Assembly (NCBI RefSeq): GCF_001194135.2
Contig: NC_068987.1
Location: 89,002,599 to 89,049,942 of the forward strand
Length of the DNA stretch: 47,344 bases
Reading direction: 5' to 3'
Source of the DNA: Octopus bimaculoides
Lineage: Eukaryota
The position numbers were made by a program, and so were the translations under genes. This document shows positions 38,194 through 47,344 of this stretch, one piece after another. How positions within the stretch are numbered: the stretch's first letter is position 1; each line of letters starts with the position of its first letter. The notes under the pieces are model-generated. The model saw nothing but the letters and a program-made list of their open reading frames with translations, made no database searches and was not told the origin of the DNA.

Positions 38194-38980
38194 AACAAGG
38201 GAGAGTGATCGGAGATTCAAGCAAGCTAGATAAAGACGTCTGGGAAGGAGTGTGGCGGGGGAGAAATGAGGAGAAATCGGAGATGAAAGTTGTCAGTCAG
38301 TAAGAGAGAGGGAGAGAGAGTCAGGAAGAGTGAGAGGGGGAGAAGTGAGGTAAAATATTAGATTCTTTAAAAACGTTTTAAAAGATTGCATGTAAAAAAA
38401 AATATGAATAAACTTTGTGTTTTATTGGTGATTCCTTAACAAATTTATCTTTTTTAAATTTACATTTATGTTCACTTTCTGTCATTCGATGCAAAATAGT
38501 TAAAATCTTTTCTCTATTTTAAGCCGTTTCCGTGTGGAAAGTAAAAGCATTTTACGTGTAAAACTAAAAACAGGTCGGGAATACTCCACTGTGAAGGAAT
38601 TTATCGACTGCGATGACTGAAACGAAAAGGAATTCCAAAAGCCATCAGGAATGCAGAAATTCTTCGAAGCAGGAAATTCGATTTCCGGATAAAGTGACGA
38701 CATTTCGAATGTATTCTTCTTCTCGCTTGCAAAATACCGGTGCAGTCAGTGTTACAACATATTAGACGTATGATAAACGTTTATAAACGGTTATTGTTAC
38801 AAGAGAAGNNNNNNNNNNNNNNNNNNNNNNNNNNNNNNNNNNNNNNNNNNNNNNNNNNNNNNNNNNNNNNNNNNNNNNNNNNNNNNNNNNNNNNNNNNNN
38901 NNNNNNNNNNNNNNNNNNNNNNNNNNNNNNNNNNNNNNNNNNNNNNNNNNNNNNNNNNNNNNNNNNNNNNNNNNNNNNNN

Positions 38981-39018
<38 letters not shown>

Positions 39019-40209
39019 ATAAGAAAAGCGATATCGTATGCCATTCATTGTTAGAAAATTTACTCTGAAACATAAGAGATTTGTTTAGTGCAAATTTAGG
39101 GAGTCTTTAACTGACTGAAAAAAACTTCGTTCGGTAGAAGAAAGGTAATGCGTGTTATTTGCTTCTTAGGCAATCCTTCAGTATTAGTACACAACCTTCT
39201 CTTATGACCATAGATAAAGAGGCGAGGCTCAAAAAGAGGTTGAATCCTTCTTACTATAGGTACAAGGCCTGGAATTTGGAGGAAGGGGCCAGTCGATTAG
39301 CTCGACTCCAGTACGTAACTGGTACTTAATTTATCGACCCTGAAAGGATGAAAAGCAAAGTCGACCCCGGCGGAATTTGAACTTAGAACGTAGCAACGGG
39401 AGAAATACTGCTAAGCACTTCGTCCGGCGTGCTAACGATTCTGCCAGCTCGCCGCCTTGAAAAAGAGGGTGAATGACGTTGTCTTTTCACACCGACACTC
39501 TTTAAACCAATATTGAGCACCGAGTTCAAATTTTGCTGAAGCCGATTATGTCTTTCGTAGTCAGTAGCATAGCTGGAGGAAGGGAGTGATAGGAGGGTAG
39601 CCTACTCCCAGCGACGCTTTTATGAGAGCTGCACTTTTGGGTCAGCTGTATAAGCCTGTATGTGCCCCTCCCTGGGGGGATCAGATGGAAGCAAACACCT
39701 CTAGCTACCTCGCTGTCCGGAGTGAATAAAATAAAATACCAGTTATGTGCTGAGGTCGTTTTAATCCAGCGTTTTTCATTGCAGACAGGGGTGGATGCTA
39801 TGAGGGATTGAAAAGGGTTGCGCTAATTGTCTGAATTAATAAAATTAAGATTTTTTTGTAACTTTTAAACATGTTAACTTCACGACGAAGGAAGAACTGA
39901 ATGCTGTAAAGTCTTTTATATGAAGTAACTATTCCCTGCTAATTTTGTATTCTCATAAATAAAGCGTGGGGCGGGGGTGGAGCCAAAAGGGCAAAATATT
40001 TCATTAAGTTTTTGGTAAGGAATCAAGCCTATATTTTTTAGTTTGAGGACCACTGATTTAATCGACGAAATACTTCCTGCAAATTTAAGACATTATTTTC
40101 AATATTAGAAATCAGTTGTAAGCTGAAAAACTTGGTGTTGTTTCGGTTTTGCATTTGTTTTGCAAGATTTTTAATGTGAACTCGTAAGTTGAAAGATATT
40201 TTGCTGTAT

Positions 40210-40232
40210 CTCGGGAGGGTCATTATGCCAAT

Positions 40233-40268
<36 letters not shown>

Positions 40269-40611
40269 GTTCTATTTCACTTCTTTTTATTTTTAGTCAA
40301 TTGGTTAACTATTTAATCAATTAACTAATCGATTGTTTGAGTAATCATTTGGTTAATCAATCAATCAGCTTGGCTTCGCAAAGTCTTTTCGCTACCATTC
40401 ATGACCTCTTCAATGACATGCCCTCTTTACTCCAGATTAACTTCAGGTTTGTCTCAGACTTTGAGAAACATAGCTGATCGGTTGATTAACCGAATGATCA
40501 ATCAGACAATCGGTTAGCTAACTGGTTAAATCGTTAATCAATTAACCAATAATAACGAAATGAAATAGAACCAGCGCGTGTGTTTATTATTGGCATAATG
40601 ACCCTCCCGAG
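40210..40611. mobile_element. Foldback/palindromic element with (CA)n expansion in the left arm
   Basis: Arms 40210-40386 and 40456-40611 are diverged reverse complements, with ends ctcgggagggtcattatgcca / tggcataatgaccctcccgag. Confidence 0.88.
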
Positions 40612-41236
40612 GCGCACGAAACTTAGTTAATGTGCTTTAATAGTTAGTTTGCTTTATGTAGGTAGTTATGAACTAAGCTTAAATCCCGCCAAGGTTAACT
40701 TTACTTTTAACCCTTCCGAAATCGATAATGAAGAACAAATCAAATAATAGAGTTACTTTTATCGTTTATACCTCTCCACCCCCGTGTTTGTAGCCTTGTA
40801 CCTATGTAAAAAAAATCATTAACACCGTAGGGACAGTGGACGGTAGAATTTTAAGCACGGTGAACAAAGTATCATGCAAGTAGTCAGGGATCTCTCATCA
40901 CGGGTTGATGAGACCAGCTATAGGTACCATGTAAACTAATAGTACCTGTTTCATGGTCGAGTGGTCGGCGACTAAACCGGTTCCGCCACTTGCTACTATC
41001 GTGAGGATGGTGTCTAAATACAAGACCTGTGAAAGGATGGATTAGCTCCTTGTGGGCTAACGGCCATCCCATGAGGGAAAGCAATGGTAAACGGTCCCAG
41101 TATCTCAGCCAAGAAAACACTAAGAGAAACTGAGCACGAAGTAACGCCATTGCTTCATCCGATTGGAGAACTCACGCTTAATCGGGAAGACTTTTGTTGA
41201 GGTGTCATCAACGCGCTGCAAAAAAACATACGATAC

Positions 41237-41343
41237 ATGACGACGGTGAAATATCTAATGACGTCCATTTACCTTCTACGTTCGAACCTCACTGAGAACG
41301 CAGAGGGTAAATGGACGTAATTAAATTACTTCATCGTCGTCAT
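41237..41343. other. Compact hairpin (~47-bp arms, 12-nt loop)
   Basis: atgacgacggtgaa...acgtccatttaccttctacgttc pairs with gaacgcagagggtaaatggacgt...ttcatcgtcgtcat. Confidence 0.85.
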
Positions 41344-41553
41344 TAATCGCATGCCTTTTTTCCGCTCTCGCTAAAATTTCGTCAGCCAAATATTGATATA
41401 AACTACTCCATTCCCACTGAAGGTTTGTGAGGAGACAAATTTGTATAATGGCTGTTTTCAAATAATAGTTACAGTGTAAACCAATAATGGCCATCTTTAT
41501 CTACAACTTAAGATTGCCTTTTGGCATTAATGCTGCTTCTGTTGCTGTTAATT

Positions 41554-41932
41554 GGAGGCGCAATGGCCCAGTGGTTAGGGCAGCGGACTCGCAGTCATAG
41601 GATCGTGGTTTCGATTCCCAGACCGGGCGTTGTGAGTGTTTATTGACCTAAAGCTCTACGAGGCTCCGGCAGGGGATGGTGGCGAACCCTGCTGTACTCT
41701 GTCACCACAACTTTCTCTCACTCTTTCTTCCTGTTTCTGTTGTGCCTGTAATTCAGAGGGTCAGCCTTATCACACTCTGTATCACGCTGAATATCCCCGA
41801 GAACTACGTTAAGGGTACACGTGTCTGTGGAGAGCTCAGCCACTTGCACGTTAATTTCACGAGCAGGCTGTTCTGTTGATCGGATCAACTGGAACCCTCG
41901 ACGTCGGAAGCGACGGAGTGCCAACAACAACA
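41554..41932 (+). mobile_element. Apparently full-length tRNA-derived SINE with 12-bp TSD
   Basis: A box tggcccagtgg, B box ttcgattcc, (CAA)n tail; TSD ttgctgttaatt (41542-41553) / ttgctgtaaatt (41933-41944). Confidence 0.9.
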
Positions 41933-42525
41933 TTGCTGTAAATTATTTTTTAAACACGACGCCAGTGCCTGAATAGATACTGCTTTTCTATATATCGTTG
42001 AAGGGAGATTTTGCTGTTATGTCGCTGTTGGGGGTCTGTCCCTGAGGAGTCCCAAACAAGTTGAAATCGCGTGATGTGGCAGTTCCGGTGGTCTTAGCAG
42101 ACAGTTCTCGTCTGTCAACGATATAATCACGAGTTATATTATGCAGCACGAGTCCATATGAGAGATCCTCTCAAGGTAAATAACAACAAATTCTGTGTTC
42201 TAACGCAACATCCATTTTAAGTTGGAGATCATGATCGCCTTTTGGCATTAAAAATGCTTCTATCACTATTGGTTATTTTTCGAACTAATAATATCTCCTT
42301 GCTATTCCAGGTCTCCCAACTAGCATTCATTATGATATTTTATTATTTTTACTATAGATTTATCATATATCAATTTTCACATTCTACTTTCCATAATCGA
42401 GAAACTGGAAGAAAAGATTTGTGAGGTTTTAACTTCCACAATATGTCAGACTATTTTTAGTATTGAGGAATATTCTCTTTTTTTATATTCTTATGTTCAG
42501 ACTCAAGTTACATGTTTACACATTT

Positions 42526-42573
<48 letters not shown>

Positions 42574-42658
42574 GCACACACACGCACACACACATACACA
42601 TACACACATACACACACACATACACACACACACACACTTTATATGTATGAATAATAAA

Positions 42659-42957
42659 AGAATGAACAAGGGGTAGATTTTGTTGAAATTATGTTTTGCA
42701 CGCTTCCATAGAATTTATTTGTTCATAAATGTATTGCATAAGAGGAATTATATAACCAAACCATTTTGTCAGTCATTTAACACTTGTCAAGTAAAATTGA
42801 TCGGCAGATCAACGGTTCAAAATGCCTGACGAAATGGTTTGGCTACAAAAATTCATATTACTAATTTCATATTATGTAATACATTTATGAACAAATAAAT
42901 AGCCATGCTATAGAAACGTGCGTATCATAAACAAAATCTACACGCTATTCATATTCT
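42659..42957. mobile_element. Diverged AT-rich foldback element
   Basis: gtagattttgtt...atttatttgttcataaatgtatt.cataa...ccaaaccattt.gtcag is mirrored on the opposite strand; arms ~120 bp. Confidence 0.78.
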
Positions 42958-43173
42958 TTTATATTTTCACGACGTTTGTAGAACGTTTGTTTCAACATAC
43001 ATTTGATTTACGGAGTACATACCATTTAACTAGTTAATATTGCATTGCTTGTTATACTACCTGGATGATAGATTGAATACCAGTAATATCATTGGTATTC
43101 CTTCTGAGTTCTCTGTTAGACAAATACATGCAGGAGTGTTGGAGTTAATTGCTCTGCTCGTTGCACTAAAGCA

Positions 43174-43207
<34 letters not shown>

Positions 43208-44794
43208 CATACATACATGCATGCATATCCACGCTCATTCACTCACACACACAAACACAAGCACACACGTATACACACGTACATACACTCACTTATACAC
43301 ACATACGGTCATATACAAACACCTGAGCTCTGTGATAATCTCATTATTATCGTAGACACATATACACTCACACACAAACACGCACATACTTCCACATACA
43401 CACACATATTCACAAACGCACAAATACACACTCACGCATGCTCCACTAGCAAGAAAGCACATATACACACACAAACACAAGCACACACGTATACACACGT
43501 ACATACACNNNNNNNNNNNNNNNNNNNNNNNNNNNNNNNNNNNNNNNNNNNNNNNNNNNNNNNNNNNNNNNNNNNNNNNNNNNNNNNNNNNNNNNNNNNN
43601 NNNNNNNNNNNNNNNNNNNNNNNNNNNNNNNNNNNNNNNNNNNNNNNNNNNNNNNNNNNNNNNNNNNNNNNNNNNNNNNNNNNNNNNNNNNNNNTCTGTA
43701 CCCCATAGAAGTTCTTGATTCTGTTTTGTCTATATTTTCACCATTGATTAGAAAGAAGAAGAAACAAAACGACTCCTGCTGTCTTCTCTCAAATCTCATC
43801 TCTTTCAACTTCCATGTTTCCCACCAATTTCTTTTTTTTTATTTAGTATCGATATCTCACAATTTTTTACCAGTTATTTTTCAAGTCTTTCTGTGTCAAA
43901 ATCCTAATTGCTTTTTTTCTTTCTTACCTTTTTTATATCAGTAAGGCATGTCTTTATTTTTTCACTTTTTATTATAATTTTTGCTGAGTAATATATTTAT
44001 TTATTTTTTTATGTAAAGTAGTAAATATGTTTTTTAATTATGGTGTCCGTCACCTCCGCCATCAACACATACAGCCTCCAGCACTATCAATATGGCCAAT
44101 AGGAGCATTTCCACCGCCTTCACCACCACCACCACCACCACCATCATTGCCACCGCCTTCTCTATCATCACCACTAGCATCACCCCCCCTCATCACCATC
44201 ATCATCATCACCAGCACCACTATCACCACCATCACCATCACCATCACTTATAACATCCCCATCATTGTCATCACAGTCATCACCATCATCACCATCAATG
44301 GAGCCTTTGCAGAGTCGACGAGAGAAGCCTTTCTAAGTGGTCGCCCGGCCTGCTAAAAATAGCAGCCGGATTTCCTAAAAGTACTCTACTATCTTAAAAA
44401 CAAACAAAAAAAACAACATGGAAAGATATATTAGACAATGTATTCCTAGACAACCCTGAAAAGACAGGATGGTCACGGCTGGAACATCTTAATCACAGGC
44501 TTTCTCAATCAGGATTGGCGCCAGAGCTGTACAATAACAACAGCAACATAACCACCACCACCACCACCACCATCGTTTCTAATAGTACCGCCTCCAACAG
44601 CAACACCATTCCCACGGTTACTATAAACGACTGTTGTTATTAGTACACAGACTAATGTCATCACGACCACACCACTTTGTGTCATAAGTATCAATCACAC
44701 ACAACCGCCATGACTAACTGCAACGACCATTCTTGTCGATGTGAGACAGATAAGTTCGTCTGACGCTGCTGTCTTGTCCCTCTTCGCCACCACC

Positions 44795-44832
<38 letters not shown>

Positions 44833-45318
44833 TCTTTCTCTCTCTTACTATTCTCATCGTCGTCGTCATAATCACTACCACTATTATCCTCAACACTAGC
44901 GCTTTCACCACCNNNNNNNNNNNNNNNNNNNNNNNNNNNNNNNNNNNNNNNNNNNNNNNNNNNNNNNNNNNNNNNNNNNNNNNNNNNNNNNNNNNNNNNN
45001 NNNNNNNNNNNNNNNNNNNNNNNNNNNNNNNNNNNNNNNNNNNNNNNNNNNNNNNNNNNNNNNNNNNNNNNNNNNNNNNNNNNNNNNNNNNNNNNNNNNN
45101 NNNNNNNNNNNNNNNNNNNNNNNNNNNNNNNNNNNNNNNNNNNNNNNNNNNNNNNNNNNNNNNNNNNNNNNNNNNNNNNNNNNNNNNNNNNNNNNNNNNN
45201 NNNNNNNNNNNNNNNNNNNNNNNNNNNNNNNNNNNNNNNNNNNNNNNNNNNNNNNNNNNNNNNNNNNTGTGTAGTGTTTACGCGTACGGGTTTGTGTGTG
45301 TGCGTGTGTCTATGTGTC

Positions 45319-45349
<31 letters not shown>

Positions 45350-47344
45350 CTGTCTGTGTGTGTATGTGGTCGTGTTTACACGTTCGGGTTTGTGTGTATG
45401 TGTGTCTGTTTGTCTGTGTGTGTATGTTCGTGTTTATGCGTGCGGGTCTGTGTGTGTGCAAGTGTATTTGTGCGTTCGTGTGTGCGAGGCTTTGTGTTTC
45501 TATGTGCGCGTGTGTACGTGTATGTATGCGTGTTTGTCTGTGTGTGTGTGTATGTTTCTATGTGTTTTGCGTGTGCGCGTGACTTCTCTGAGTTTTCCAA
45601 ATATCTAATTAGTAGACATAAAATTATTGTTGATGTTTCTGCTGTTTTGCCTCCCAGAAAGAATAGGCAAATTACCTTCAGATCGCAGCAAATACATAAA
45701 ATAAATATAAAATGTTAAAAAATAAATAAATAAATAAATGAAACATTGTTAACTGCTTCAGCTCATGAAAAGTAATTCACTTCAGCCAGGAAGTATTTAA
45801 TTTCTTAGATAGAATTTTGATAGCGGAAACGATGTACTTATATTAATAATGTCTCAGGCCTCTTCTTTCAGCACATTTTCTTTCCTTTCCTACTCGTAAG
45901 GTCTTCTTTCACATTCACTTTCTCATAAGACAAGTCTTTAAAAAAAAATAACAAAGAGAGCTCTTAAATAATCCGAAAGGAGAGAATTGAGTAATTTTAT
46001 ATGTTTTATGTTCAAAGGCCCTTCATCGGAAGTGAACGGTTTCGAAATGTGTGTATATGTAGATCGTACCACATTGATTATCAACTCTTTGCTTTGTTAG
46101 ACGCTTTCCTTCTTCATTGTTTATTTTNNNNNNNNNNNNNNNNNNNNNNNNNNNNNNNNNNNNNNNNNNNNNNNNNNNNNNNNNNNNNNNNNNNNNNNNN
46201 NNNNNNNNNNNNNNNNNNNNNNNNNNNNNNNNNNNNNNNNNNNNNNNNNNNNNNNNNNNNNNNNNNNNNNNNNNNNNNNNNNNNNNNNNNNNNNNNNNNN
46301 NNNNNNNNNNNNNNNNNNNNNNNNNNNNNNNNNNNNNNNNNNNNNNNNNNNNNNNNNNNNNNNNNNNNNNNNNNNNNNNNNNNNNNNNNNNNNNNNNNNN
46401 NNNNNNNNNNNNNNNNNNNNNNNNNNNNNNNNNNNNNNNNNNNNNNNNNNNNNNNNNNNNNNNNNNNNNNNNNNNNNNNNNNNNNNNNNNNNNNNNNNNN
46501 NNNNNNNNNNNNNNNNNNNNNNNNNNNNNNNNNNNNNNNNNNNNNNNNNNNNNNNNNNNNNNNNNNNNNNNNNNNNNNNNNNNNNNNNNNNNNNNNNNNN
46601 NNNNNNNNNNNNNNNACACACACACATACACACTTCGTTTTTGTATCTTGTTTGCAAGATTCTTTATGTGAATTTGTGTGTTGAAACAAATTTTGCTGTG
46701 TCTGGGGAGAGTTATACTTCCTATATAAGTAACACACTCACCGGTTCAATTTCCACTCTTTTTTTTTTTTGCACCTTCCAAAATTTTCGTTGCTTTTGCA
46801 GCCTTATCTACGGATGTTGTGCAGGCATGGCTGTGTGGTAAGAAACTTTGGCATACACACATGTGTACCATCGCTGACTGTGTTTACTCATAATTTCCAG
46901 AAAGATGGCTATTTTTAACGAAATTTCTTACACATGTTTCAGATGGTGGAGATTCCGATTATATCGGAATTTGTTGTGAAAACGTTTTTCCGAGGGTTGG
47001 AAGAGGAGTTTCAGAAAATTCACTCGAGTTGGCTTTGTTTCCTCATAACTTTTCGAAAAATGGATATTTTTTAATGAAATTTTCTATAAGCACCTTTCAA
47101 ATGGTGTAGACTACGGTTATATCAAAATTTAATATTAGCAATAAAAAAAAACTTGGTAAGCTCGCACACATACATACCTAAACGTAAAAAAAAAATGAAA
47201 CTTGAAATTTCGAAAACAAATTGTGATGTGTGTCAGTATATATATGTGCGAGCCTGCCAAGTATTATTTATTTACTTCATTTTTTTTTCTCTTTTTTGCA
47301 TATGAAATTCCACTATAATCGTAATATGCACCATCTGTAAGATG

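Noticed and set aside
38505-38620. Plus-strand acceptor followed by RFRVESKSILRVKLKTGREYSTVKEFIDCDD*
   Set aside because: Too short, no recognised homology, no linked exons.
41554-41630. tRNA-like sequence with A and B boxes (also at 31899)
   Set aside because: Continues into a multi-copy body with tail and TSD; a SINE head, not a tRNA gene.
43062-43166. Minus-strand 105-nt candidate exon (ATSRAINSNTPACICLTENSEG...)
   Set aside because: Acceptor lacks a pyrimidine tract, donor is weak, no homology recognised.

Overview
AT-rich, microsatellite-dense metazoan genomic DNA with many N gaps. The SINE/RTE/Penelope repeat content suggests Octopus (inference). Only one host gene is recognisable: the first four coding exons of a minus-strand ZDHHC6-type palmitoyltransferase (18368-18036, 10758-10667, 9819-9663, 4632-4501; 238 codons, phases consistent). 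The gene runs off the window start. The rest is transposon relics: RTE, CR1/L2-like and restriction-endonuclease-type LINE fragments, Penelope fragments, several tRNA-derived SINE families, and Tc1/pogo- and hAT-like MITEs, some nested. Most ORFs in the track are microsatellite or gap artefacts. The most notable observations are a ~400-bp near-perfect foldback in the intron splitting the DHHC domain, a minisatellite whose units each mimic a 3' splice acceptor next to exon 3, a candidate degenerate HDV-like ribozyme, and a three-layer nested MITE stack. No clearly novel multi-gene system is evident.
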